64,000 nucleotides of DNA, taken from Basidiobolus meristosporus CBS 931.73. Its lineage: Eukaryota > Fungi > Basidiobolomycota. The translations under genes were made by a program, and so were the position numbers. Positions 1-11,689 of the stretch are shown in pieces (position 1 is the first letter of the stretch; each line of letters starts with the position of its first letter). The DNA lies in the NCBI GenBank assembly GCA_002104905.1, contig MCFE01000005.1, forward strand, positions 124,001-188,000. Direction: 5' to 3'. The notes under the pieces were generated by a model. That model searched no databases, was not told where the DNA came from, and was given only the letters and a program-made list of their open reading frames with translations.

Positions 1-120
1 TTCAGTTACAATTTTTGGTGGAAGTAATGAGCAGCTGATTACCCAGTTTGGTGTGATTGGTAGTTGGCCTAGTCTCCCCCAGGAAATAGCATATGCTTGT
101 CTGCTGTGAAGCTATTGACT

Positions 121-480
121 GCAATACCAAGAGTTGTCACTTTTAGGAAAGTTGGCATTTGGCTGATGTTAGGATGGGATTCTGCTGGCCTTTTCTTAGT
201 TTTTTTTGGGGTGTACTAGAGTAAAGTCCCATATAGAACTTGGGTAAGAAATCCCAAGACCAATAAGCTGTGATTGGCTCAAAACATATCACCTATAACT
301 AAGGAATGATTAGAAGCTCAAGTAGATTATGTGTTTTTCACATAATGATTGTTTAAATGTAAGACAAGTGTTTTTACTTTTGTGTATCCCTAAGCAAAAA
401 ATTATCAAAAGGTCAGCAGAATACCATCCTAACGTCAGCTGAATTCCAACATTCCCAAAAGTGACTACTCTCAGTATCTC
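121..480. repeat. Small degenerate inverted repeat (arms about 121-211 and 388-480) around an LTR-like fragment
   Basis: The reverse complement of 128-211 (aagagttgtcacttttaggaaagttggc...ctgctggccttttc) aligns with 388-473 (ccctaagcaaaaaattatcaaaaggtcagcagaataccatcctaacgtcagc...gtgactactctc). Confidence 0.6.
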
Positions 481-3291
481 ATGTACTAGCCTCTCAGCAG
501 ACCCATCAGGCTGGTCCATATACATGTCCTCATCAAGTTCTCCATTCAAAAATGCAGTTTTTACATCCATTTGATGAATAAAAAGCTTATATTTGCTGCA
601 ATAGCCAATATTAATCTGATGGAATTAAACTTGGCTACTGGTGCAAAGGTCTCAGTATAGTCAAGTCCTTTTGTTTGAGAGTATCCTTTGGCTACAAGTC
701 TTGCATTGTATCTTTCAATTGTACCATCAGCCTTGTATTTTGTCTTGAAGACCCATCTGCATCCAATTGATTTTTGGTTGATTGGTAATTTGACTAAGTC
801 CCAAGTTTGATTTTCCATCAGGGCCTGATATTCCTCAGTCATTGCAGATCTCCAAAACTTTGTCTGAGGGCTATTTAGGGCCTCTTTTACAGTTTGGGGT
901 TTATCAATATGGACTAAATAGGCATAGGCTAAGTTTGTACCCTCATTGATATAGTAATTTGGGCTATTTCTTGTCTGATTGGATCTCCGGGCATTTGATA
1001 CTAGAATGATCACTTCTGAGATATTCCTGGGCACTGATTCTGGCTGAACCATGGTTGTAGAGCTCTCTGGAGTGAAAAAATTTTCATTGTTTTGCTCAAA
1101 TTCAATCCTGACAATTAGTGGATTTGAGATCAGATTTTTGTCATCATCTGATGTCATTTTTTGTGCAAACTTTGAATTCTCATCAAACAACACATCCCTG
1201 GACTTGATCAGCTTCTTTGCTTTGGTATTGTAGAGTCTGTATGCTTTACTCTCATTGCAGTAGCCTAAAAATATGCATTTTACACTTTTTGGCTCAAATT
1301 TTGACTGATTTCCAAACAGTTTCTTGGCATATGCTGTACACCCAAATATTCTTAGATGTTCTGCACTTGATCTGTATCCGTACCATGCTTCAAATGGAGT
1401 AGAATCACAAGGTATTCTGTTATAACTCCTATTTTTAAGATATACAGCAGTGGCAACTGATTCTGCCCAAAAATCATAGGATATTTTTTGATCATGGATA
1501 ATAGATCTTGCCATATCAATTATTGATCTGTTAGCTTGTTCTGCTACTCTATTTGCTGTGCGGAGTATGGTACAGTAGTCTCTTGCTTTATCCCATGAAT
1601 TTTGCAGAAGTGGATGAAGAGTTTTGAGGTATATTCTCCACCATTGTCAGAGTGTATTTTCTTGATTTTTTCACCAGTTTCTCTCTCCACCATGGCTTTA
1701 AACTCCCTGAACTTAGACAGAGCTTCTTCCTTTCTCTCCATGAATTAGACCCATGTGTATCTTGTATAATCATCAATAAGAGTGAATAAATACTTCATCC
1801 TGCCTAAGGATAAATTTTGCATAGGTCCACACAGATCTGAGTGAATTGGATCTAATTTTTTCTTAGTTTTGATTAACCCAGAGCTCTTGAACGGTTGTCT
1901 GGCTTGTTTCCCATATATGCAGGCTTCACAGTGCTCCAAACTGGCTGGGGGATCAATTTTTACTCCAGAAATTAGCTGATCTTTGATCATTTTGCGCAAA
2001 TAATCAAAATTGAAGTGCCCAAATTTCCTGTGCCAAAGCATTGGTGTTTCTTCATTTAAGTTACTTATATTGGCTTCCAAATATGATGGAATATAAGTTG
2101 ACTTGTATAGATTCTGATCTCTGATACCCAAAGCAATATGGGTACCATTTTGATCAGTGATCTTGCATCCAGAATTGTCAATGCTGAAACTGAGTCCTTC
2201 TGCCGTGGCCTTGCTTACAGATAGTAGGTTCTTGGCTATTTCTGGTACATAGAGTACTTCTTTAAAGGTCAGTGTATGGCTTCCTTCACTGCTTCTTAGG
2301 TTTACTTGGATAGTTCCTTCTCCCACTGCATCAAGTGTTCTATTGTCACCCATGAAAACCTTCTTAATTGGAATTTCTTGATATTGGGTAAAAAGTTCTT
2401 TTTGGTGTGTGGAGTGTTGAGATGCTCCAGAGTCCATATACCATGTCTGAGAATCCCTGTTTTTGGTCATATTTAGTGCAGATATGAATAGTCTATCTTC
2501 AGTTGTTGCAGCATTTCCATATTCAGACTTCTTTTGCTGATTATCTTTCTTTTTGAGACACTGGTCTGATGTGAGTCCTTTCCTTTTGCAGTAGTTGCAA
2601 AACAGGTTGCTGTTGCCTTTGTAGGGTCTTGGGTACCTCCTTTGTTGGTTATCATTACTTATTAAAGCATTTTTTCTTCCTTCTTATTTGCGCTTGATTT
2701 TCTTAATTCTTCATCCAAGAGCCTTCCATATATGTAATTTAAGGTCAAATCTTCAGTTCTGGACTCTAGGGCTGATACAAGACCCTGAAACTTGTCTGTC
2801 AGGCTATTCAGGATGATAACTATCACATCCTCATCAGCAGTTGGTACGCCCACAGATTCCATCTCATCTACCAGTAGGGTAATTCTGCTAATTAGATTTT
2901 TCATATCTTCTCCTGGCAGCATCTTTGTAGCAAAGAATTTTCGTCTCAGATACATTTTCTTAGCAGCTGAACATGAGTGGTAGGTGTCTTCTAATGCCTT
3001 CCAGGCATTCTTTGCCGTTTTTGCTCTTGAGCATTGAATTAGCAATTTGTCCTTGACATTAAGGCAAATGCAGTTAAAGGCACTTTGTTGTTTCCTCTGA
3101 TACTTCAAGGCTTCCTCTCCCACGTTTTTAGGAGGGCATTCTTCTCCCATGACAATATCCCAAAGGCCTCTTTCTTGTAGCAGCATCTTCATCTTCACCT
3201 TCCACACTTGGTAGTTAGATCCATCCAACTTTTCAGCAGAGGGAAGAATTCCAGTAATAGCAGTAGTGGACATTGCAGAGAGTGTCAGCTT

Positions 3292-3304
3292 GGGGCTCAT
3301 AGCC
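3292..3304 (-). promoter_or_regulatory. Primer-binding site GG(C/T)TATGAGCCCC, Ty5/Drosophila copia-type half-tRNAiMet PBS
   Basis: Directly abuts the LTR; reads GGTTATGAGCCCC in the copies at 31481 and 56020-56032. Matches the known Ty5/copia internal tRNAiMet PBS. Confidence 0.75.
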
Positions 3305-3652
3305 TGTTGTAAGAGTCTTGGAGATATTGGAAGTAATTGGGAGGACAAGTAGATTATGTGGTTTTCACCTAATGATTTATTGAATGTAAAAGTAGTATTT
3401 ATACTTTTACATGGTCTTGGCATAACAAACACGTAGAAGAGGTCAAGGAAGGTCCCATGAACATATGTGCAAAGTTTGGGGCTGTTTGGACAACTTTGAG
3501 AATTCCCATGTTCTGGGTACCTGGTATTTTGGTGAAAATATTCCAAGCAAATCCCAACAAGGAATTTGGTCAGTATTCTCTAGGATTTGAAGGTAATGAT
3601 CTAAGTGACTAAGTTAGGTGAATATTTTGGTGGAAATATGAATTTTACAACA
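3305..3652 (-). repeat. Copia 5' LTR, 348 bp
   Basis: Bounded by TGTTGTAA...TTACAACA; same length and sequence family as the LTRs at 51718 and 56033. Confidence 0.93.
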
Positions 3653-4099
3653 GATCCCAAAGGTAGAAATTTGGTTTACACATACAATATTTACAAAACA
3701 TAAGATTCTGGCTGGCTTATTGCCAGGTTACAGACTCTTTACTTAAACATTAATTTATATCATATTAGCCAATTCTTAGAATTAGCAAAGGCCTAGAGGT
3801 TTTCAGCATTCTCAAGCTTACCCAAAAGCCTTCAAGTCTTGTACACAGATATTGGAGTTCTTACACACAGCATCTTTATCATCAACATCCAAGTTCTCTT
3901 GAGAGTATAAATAACTTACTTGAACTCAATCAAACAATAAGTGAATATTGGGCAATCCCCATGATTCTCCAAATCACTTCCGATGAGTCCAAAACCATGG
4001 CAGCAAGATTTGCTATTTCTTGACCAAATTTGATGTGTTGACATGAAAAATACACTTGCTACTCACAATAACAACATCAATTGAATGAGCAAACTCAAA

Positions 4100-5083
4100 G
4101 AAAATAAACCTGGAATAAAAAGCGCAATGAAAAAGATATACGTACATAGCTTATTGTAGATCGCACACAAAATGTGCATGAAAGTTAAGCCAATAATGTC
4201 AACGGCATAATGGCATTTAGAAAAACCAATATTCATTTATTTAGGTTGTCCCGAATCCATTTTCCAAATGGGGTGAAAATTTCTGGACCTGACCGTCACT
4301 CATATCTAGTAATTACCCGGTCAAAGCTACCTACGGTGATACGGATTCATGCATGCCCCACCAATTATACACAATTGTGCCATACTATCTGCAACGATGT
4401 TACAAGTATGCACCCTCAACCCATGGCTCACAACTTTGAACAATGTTACAACAAAATTACTCTCATGACAAAAAAACGATATATTACGTATAAAAATGCA
4501 AATCTTGAATACAAAGATGTTATGAATGTTTGCCAAAAGTATTTACAGCAGTGCCATTACCAACACAGTCAACGACGTTCCTAAAGAACAAATTGTTTCC
4601 AGCGTTGGTATCATCTTACAGATCTTCAATGAAAAAATAACCCCCTTGAACTTTCAAGTATGAATAAATCAGTTAAAAATTGGATGAGTACTAAGGCGCA
4701 CCTCCTCCGGTTTTTATATCAAACGGATAATGGCCAATGGTGTTCATAAAGATTGCTATTAAAACGTATTCTAGACAAGTACGTATGCAACTTCATATCC
4801 TCTTGTTTTTCAGTTTTTACGGCTCCAAAGAAAGCTCTACATTAATATCCAAGATTTTGACAAAGGATAATATCGCAGCAAATCAACAGTTACGCGTAAC
4901 AGCAGCTATCTGCAACGTAATACTGGCCTAGAAATCCCAGATGAAAACGACAACTTGCAATCAAATCTTGGTCTACGGGTCACAGTATTCCTGTCCATCC
5001 AATTTGGCAAACATCAAATCACCATTTTTCAAAATAAGTATACAATATTTACATGTCTATATAGATATGGGAATACCAGATAG
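4100..5083 (+). pseudogene. Family-B DNA polymerase relic, copy A (5'-truncated)
   Basis: tac ggt gat acg gat tca = YGDTDS at 4332-4349; downstream NFEQCYNKITLMTKKRYITYKNANLEYKDV; upstream DRTQN...ANNVNGIMAF. Multiple stops and frameshifts. Confidence 0.85.
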
Positions 5084-5961
5084 ATAGATCCTGATGTTTA
5101 TTTCTATAGAAATCTACTAAAGAGGTGTTTCCCAACAACACGGTAGATAAGGTCGCCAACCATAGCATACTCGGCCCTGGAAACATAGTTGGTTGGTGGT
5201 ACTAGTATTTTCCGAGGGACATGATGGGGGATCTATCAATGTTTGACTGGTGGAAGGGAGTGAGATAATATATCCATTTAGAGAAGCTACAAGATTCCTG
5301 TTTGTCTCCACTGGGTTGTTGTGAGCCAGCACTCTTTCCTATTATTGATGGCTTCACCATACACTTCATACTTCTCATTCGAGAATGCCTAACTAGGTTC
5401 GGGGCCCAGCATACCAGTCTGGCCAGCTACATGGTAATTGAGAATCTCTTATTGCCCATACTGGGAATGTCTTTGGGGGCTGGTATATTTTACATTACGT
5501 TGTTGTAGAGGGCCGATCATGGGTTCTGCGCATGGGCACATTTAACATAAAATAAGATCAATTAGATTTTACACTACGAAGACTCCAACACGATTGGTAT
5601 GCGACGTATATGTAGACAAAGCGTACAGAGACGCATTGACCACGCTGGCTTCCAAGGATATTTGCAATCACTACTCTAATGGCTGATAAGATCGTAGGCT
5701 ATTGCCAACTCGGCATCAGAAACATATTCAGTTGTTTGAAGTGTGCTCATGGGTCTAGTGTTCCGTAAGGAAGAGGAAGATCGAAGACCAGACTCAATAG
5801 TAGGTCTATACGTATTGGGATAGATGGATGTGAAGGTGCATCCATCGAGTACTGAGGAGAATTTGGTGGTTGCCTCTGCTGTACTGCTTGTCGTGGGTCG
5901 ACGGTCAGATGGGTTGACTATGACCCCTGCCACACACTGGCCAACGTAAACGTTCCACTCG

Positions 5962-8141
5962 TCAAATTTGAAGGCATGCTGACTGTTCCATCCCTGACAG
6001 CGAAACAATAGTTGATGATTCAGAACCAGCTTCTTGCTTGGGAGTGATATTACTTTCCGCAATCAGATCATGCAGAATAGTGTAATATCTTCCAGCATAG
6101 CCACATCGCTCTCGGATTTGCTTGAGCGTTTCTAGGTTCTTGAACAAGCTAGCTCGTGACGAATTGGCAATCCACTGATCGGACGACTTCGCTTGTAAAA
6201 GAAGTATCGTGCTCGCAGTGAAGATTGGGAACAGCAGAAACAAAACTATCTCTGATGCTCTAGGGCAGCTCACACACGAGGTTACAATGCTAGTCAGACT
6301 GTTTGCCGCATCCATGCATATCAGGGCTGAAGAGGACTGGGAGGTAGATGAAGACTCAGTTCTCAGTACGAAGGGTCGGTGTAGTAAAATCAATGCACAG
6401 TGATACCAGACATGGGCGTAGATAAGTGTGGGACTCTTAGGTGGATTCCCTGTGCCATAGTTTGTAGGAATGTAAGCAAGATCGGCTGGCAATGAGTTTA
6501 GCCACACATCAAGCTGAGAATCTAGATCCATTAAACTCGTGCGGAATTTCGGGAAGTTGCTGGTCAATGGGGCTCTAACTATGTACATGGTGCTCAAAAT
6601 ACGGCCAATCAGTTTGTGAAGCTTTATCACCTCATGGAATGGCCTTAAGGATAGCCCGGTGCGCGGCGAGACACCATTTGGTGTCAATAGGTCGTCGTCA
6701 GTTAAGGATGGCAGCGGTGTATCAAACTGCTGGTCATCAATAGACACAGGCCTCCCTACGCATACACTAGAGAACCGATCTATCAGGTAGCACACCCACC
6801 AGGTCCGCTTTCTTGTTTCCTTCTCTGCTGTTGTTAGCTTGATGTTCCATATATCGGGGTCGCGATGCAGTATGAGGTCTTCAGCCATTCTAATGGCCAT
6901 GCCACTGTACATCCACGATTTCACCCCACCTTGAGATATGTGGTAATAGATGGACATCAGTGCCAAACCTTGAGCGTTTTCTACTGAGCTAGCATTGTAA
7001 GCTTGATCCAACAGAGTCCGTGCCTTCTTAAAGAAGCCTTCCGCATCCAGATTCTCCTTGTTCAACATGCTCTCGGATGATACTAGAGCGGCAGAAAGTG
7101 AAAACATCGCATTCACGAGAAAATACGGCATTTCTTGTTCACTGCGATTTAAGCGCTCCATGAACTCCCCTTTGTGAAGCAACGGGAAAACAGGGTTGAT
7201 TTTCGAAAAGTACACATCCACAAGATAAGCAAAAAGATTTGGAGACGGTAGCGCAGTAGGGTCTGGATTGATATCGACGCGGTTGATAGTTGCTGTGACT
7301 CGCGGTCTTATTTTGAAAAGGTCGTTTTGGTACTTTCGTGAGCCTTGAAGTAAGTACAGGCCAGAGCTGTTCCCGCAGTGTCTTACTCGTCCCTCATCAT
7401 CCAATAACAGCTGATCTCTATTGTTGCAAATTTTTTCCACTTCCGGGTCAGTAGTAAGGGCAATGCGTTGGCTCGTTGTGGCATGCATTTCAGGTTGGGT
7501 AGTCAGTAAGTTGTCTGGCGTGTGCAAGTTCTGAGGGGGCGTACTATCATCGGATTTATCAATTGTGATGGCGGGAGTGTTGGTGACACAAGTGCTACTG
7601 GCAGATTTAGTATCCGGAACGTGTGAGCCTGGAAATATTGTGTATCTGAATTCTAGTGGCTTGGCTTTGGGTGGAGTTATGATAGCGGAATCTCTGTCCT
7701 CTTCAAGTTTCCGCACTTCATGCAAAACAACATCAGCCATTTGTGAATCGTTCTGGACGAGCTCACTGAGAATATGCTCCATTTTGTGCAGTCTACTCTC
7801 AAGTGCTTCTATATAAGCCTTTGGAGGTCCTCGCTTCTTCTTTATGTCGTTATAAGTACACTTTATGCCGCAATACAGACAATATGAACATTCAGGATGT
7901 TCACCATCGCATCGTATCTTCTTCCTACGACAACTATCACATGCTCTACTGACCCGTTGTCTTTTGTGATTATCTTCAGTACTTATACTCATATCTCCGG
8001 CACTTATATGGGCCTTAGCGAAATATAAGACCTTCCTTGAAATAATGAATAGTTGCAGTGTTTGTATTCGAAGAAAAAGTTCCAAGTGGCATGTGCTTAC
8101 GAGTGAGCTTTATACGATTTGTATCGGATAGACTGAACCAT
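5962..8141 (-). CDS. Zn(II)2Cys6 fungal transcription factor, copy A, C-terminally truncated (predicted 704 aa; exons 8141-8101 and 8035-5962)
   Basis: Zn cluster RACDSCRRKKIRCDGEHPECSYCLYCGIKCTY; middle homology region (KSWMYSGMAIRMA, ETRKRTWWVCYLIDR, HCALILLHRPF). A 65-nt GTAAGC...TTTCAAG intron at 8036-8100 joins an in-frame ATG at 8141. Confidence 0.9.
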
Positions 8142-8849
8142 TAAACCTTAGAGGTATGATGGTAGAACCTACTTGGGCAAATCTACAGTGATTAAGACGT
8201 TGTACCAAATTTGGTGGCCATCAAATTCCTAGCTCGCACATGAACATGAAGATCTTGTGTCCGATTTATCCCGATTAACCTATTTTATAACCATGATGAA
8301 TTATGGAAGGAGATCAATTCTGTGTTGTCTGGCACCCGACATCCGCAGAGCGGTCAATCGATAAATCGATGATAAGCCTTAATTTCTCTTTGAGACGATG
8401 GCACAAATGCTTCTGGAAATGCGGCAAACCAAATCAATTAGGAACACAGAAGTGGTATGCAGAATTGATAGGCTACAAGGGGTGAGTGATGCTGGCACTC
8501 CTTTCGATTCAATCCACAGGAGAGCCGCACGTGCACTCAAAAGAAGCCGGCAGAGACTTTGCGTGCCAAAATTATCTGTGTGTTCCGAAGAAGGTTATTC
8601 AGATATGCTGAGTATTAAGCAACTGTACTTACTGAAATAAGCTGATGCTGATCAAATAGAAATCCACTCAAAAATCCCACTTTTATTTTTGACTGTCAGA
8701 TGCCCCCAAATATATCGGGATATTCCTTGTATTATTGACAAGTATTAACTAGTTTGTGATCTACTCAGTGCCACTGGAGCTTATTGCTACTCGTGTTAGC
8801 TTTCGCAGCTTGCAGTGCTACTGGTATATCCTTCCATTTGTATAATTAT

Positions 8850-9480
8850 GCATCATGTATGTTTTCGCCAAAACATTAGGTATCCAGAACTTGAAATTTC
8901 TCAAAGTTGTCCAAGCAGCCCCAAACTATGCACACATGTTTTTTGAGACCTTCTTAAGGATACTCTACGTATTGTATCTGCCAAGACTATGTAAAAGCAC
9001 AATCGCTACTTTTACATTCAATAAATCCTCAAGTGAGAGCCATTTAGTCTACTTGCTTGCCCAATCACTTTCAGTATCTCTAAGACTCTCACAACAGCTT
9101 ATGAGCCCCTAACAGTCAGTCTTTAGAATACTTATTACTATAATTATCTGTATATCATCCTCTGCTGAATAGTTGCATGAGTCCAACTGTGCCAAATTTT
9201 TAATTACTATTAAATATTCACCTTAGTCACTTTATGATTTATTGTATGTAAAAGTAGTATTTGTACATTTATATACTCTTGGCAAAACAAACGTGTAGAA
9301 TATGCTTAGGAAAGTCTCAAGAGCATATGTGAAAAGCCTGGGGCTGTTTGGAAAACTCATCAAATTTTCATGTTTGGGTACCTGATGTTTTGGTGAATAA
9401 ATATTAAATATATCTTGACAAGGGATCTGATCAGTATTTTCTAGGATTTATTGGTGATGATCTAAGTGGCAAAGCTTGGT
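8850..9480. repeat. Two degenerate Copia LTR relics in opposite orientation
   Basis: About 8850-9110 matches the LTR sense strand, ending cacaacagcttatgagccc; about 9225-9480 matches the LTR in reverse. Confidence 0.75.
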
Positions 9481-9589
9481 CAATGTCTAAGTGGAATCAG
9501 GGTTTTTACAATGCCCCACTCAACTCAATATATATACAAACTTATTTTAATTATATTTTGAAGTACTTGAACATGACACTTGCTAATGG

Positions 9590-10100
9590 TTTGGTAGATA
9601 TGTGTGTAATCATTGCATACCATGAATGCTTATATATGGCTTGTATGGCAATACACTGGCTGTTATCCTTGTAATACTCTGTATGCTGCCTGCACACTTC
9701 ATGGCTGAGGGGCTTATTACAATAGCCACCTGGTTCTTTATCTCTACTCATAAGGTGTTGAATCAAAATAGTCTTGTCCATGGGGAAAGCAGCTTAATAC
9801 TCAACAACACAACACTATTTTACCATTCTGTCAATATGCATGTGAGTTCAAGTCAATCTTGTATTTGAGACATTGCACCTTTATGAATGTAGGATTCAAT
9901 GATGATCTACCATAGTAAGTACTATAGGTAAAGCTATGGGCATATACACACATATGGGAAACACTATTTCCCCTCTGGTTTGACTCACTTTCATATGTAT
10001 GCTGCCAAAATATGAAGCAAAGTTGTCTGGTTGCAACCAAACCTGATCACAAACAACAGCAGAAAAACAGTGGACTGCATGTCTTAAGGCCTTTGGTGCT
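9590..10100. mobile_element. Relic of the CACTA-like family (transposase N-terminus and start of ORF2)
   Basis: ORF 9551-9781 (MDKTILIQH...GYCNKPLSHEV) matches the transposase N-terminus at 45357; 9830-10090 matches 45430-45680. Confidence 0.7.
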
Positions 10101-10169
10101 CTCACTCATGGTCCCCAGCATTGATCCCAAAAAAAAGGTCAAAAAATGAGTCTTCTCCAGTACAATAGG

Positions 10170-11280
10170 TGAAACACTGGGGCAGCTTTGCATAAAAATG
10201 TAGAAAACCTTAGAAAGTCTCATGTGCTGGCTATCTGATGCTTTGGTGGAATTGTATTACACAAATCCCAGAAAGAAATTTGGTTAGAGTTGGGTATAGG
10301 TTGTAGTTAATAATCTAAATGACCAAGTTAGGTGAGTGTTGAGTTGCAAATATAATCCTTATAACACTATTGGATACACTGAAGCTCATTGGGCACACAA
10401 TATGTGTTGTAATTATTAAGTTGCCACCAAAATATTCATGCCAACTTAGTCACATAGACCTTATTCTTTGATTCGCATTTTGTCTTGACCAAACTTCTTG
10501 TTGGGATTTACTTAGAATATTTCACCAAATTGTCAGGTACCCAGATTATTATTTTTCTCAAAGTCGTCCAAAAGACCCCAAACTTTGCACACATATTCTT
10601 GGGACCTTCCTTAAGAAACTCTACACGTTTGTTTGCTCTACTCTATCAAAAGTATAAGTGCCATACTTTTGATCAATAAATCTACAAGTAAACAACATGT
10701 AAATCCTCTAGTTCTCCACATCACTTGCAATACTCCTCAGAATATTGCAACAATATGGAAGTCAGAAAATTCACCACTGGATACACCATTCTTTACTGCA
10801 ATGGTAAATATCTAATAGATTTCAAGAAAGCAACCAACAATGGCTCTTTTCACTGCAGAGGCAGAGTACATGATCCATCCAACTTTTCAGTAGAGGGAAA
10901 AATTCCAGTAATGGTTGTGGTTAACAACTCAGAGACTGAGAAGGGGGGTTAATAACCAGTTGGACAAGTTTTAGAGGTATTGAAGGCAATTGGGACAACA
11001 AGTAGACCATGTAGTTTTCACTTGATGATTTACTGAATATGAAAGTGGAATTCTTGCTCCTTTGTGATCTTGGCAAAGCAAGCATGTAAGATATGCCCAA
11101 GAGGGTTCCAAGAAAATGTGCGCAAGGTTTGGAACTGCTTGGGCATCTTTGAGAAATCTCATGCTTTGCGTACCTGATCTTTAGTGAAAGTATTCCAAGT
11201 AAATGCCAACAAGTAACTTAGTCAGGATTCTCCTAGTTTTTTAGGTGATGATCTAAGCTAATAAGTTAGGCAAATACTTG
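10170..11280. repeat. Cluster of degenerate Copia LTR and gag-start fragments in both orientations
   Basis: Recurrent LTR words (gtccaaaagaccccaaactttgcacac, ctaagtgaccaagttaggtgag) and gag start atccatccaacttttcagtagagggaaaaattccagtaa. Confidence 0.65.
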
Positions 11281-11689
11281 AATTCAATTACAATTATTAT
11301 AGCAATTATTGGTACAATCAGTAGCTTTGCAACATGTTCCAAGATTCACCAACTATAATCTGAGTGACCAAGTTACAAAGTACTTCAATGTGATTACAGA
11401 GCTTTCAGCACTTAGTTCCTGACATTTTAGTCTAAATTTCCAATTGGTTCAGCAGTTGACATGATTCTACTATGAGAACTATTATATTTGAAATCATTTG
11501 CTGATCTGCCAGTAAACTGCTGGTACACTGGTGCTAATGTGCTGATATTCTGCTAGTACTTTTCTTTCATATAATTGATAAATCTGTGGTATGAGCAGTA
11601 AGTGATTTCCAAGATTAGTATCAATGCTTGTTGGCTTGGCAACCTCTAGACACTTTATTTGCTGGTTAGCCAGATAACTAGCACCTGAG

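Larger units (their letters stand above)
501..3652 (-). mobile_element. Ty1/Copia LTR retrotransposon, 3'-truncated inside RT and frameshifted
   Basis: Order on the minus strand: 5' LTR, PBS, gag (KLDGSNYQVWKVKMKMLL), protease (WYMDSGASQH), GAG-pre-integrase (LWHRKFGH), integrase (HSDLCGP, SDNGGEY), RT start ([23 protein letters not shown]). Homology to the intact copy at 51718-56380 stops near 501. Confidence 0.93.

Noticed and set aside
6209-7816. Plus-strand ORFs inside the TF genes (for example 6209-6403, 7565-7816 and equivalents)
   Set aside because: Antisense shadows of the real CDS; their recurrence reflects the duplication.
8036-8085. TTG-initiated N-termini given by the ORF track for the TFs (8085, 15970, 23598, 39285)
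   Set aside because: They fall inside a conserved GT-AG intron; an upstream ATG exon gives a consistent in-frame model in all four copies.
8261-8353. CCG-N7-CCG and CCG-N5-CGG triplets as autoregulatory Zn2Cys6 sites
   Set aside because: Such triplets are expected by chance in CG-rich DNA and are not intact in all copies.
8303-8640. Conserved 60-80 aa plus-strand ORFs upstream of the TFs (WHKCFWKCG..., MAQMLLEMR...) as a divergent gene
   Set aside because: A-versus-D substitutions show no clear third-position excess in the frames I checked, and stops or indels differ among copies. Only a profile hit would revive this.
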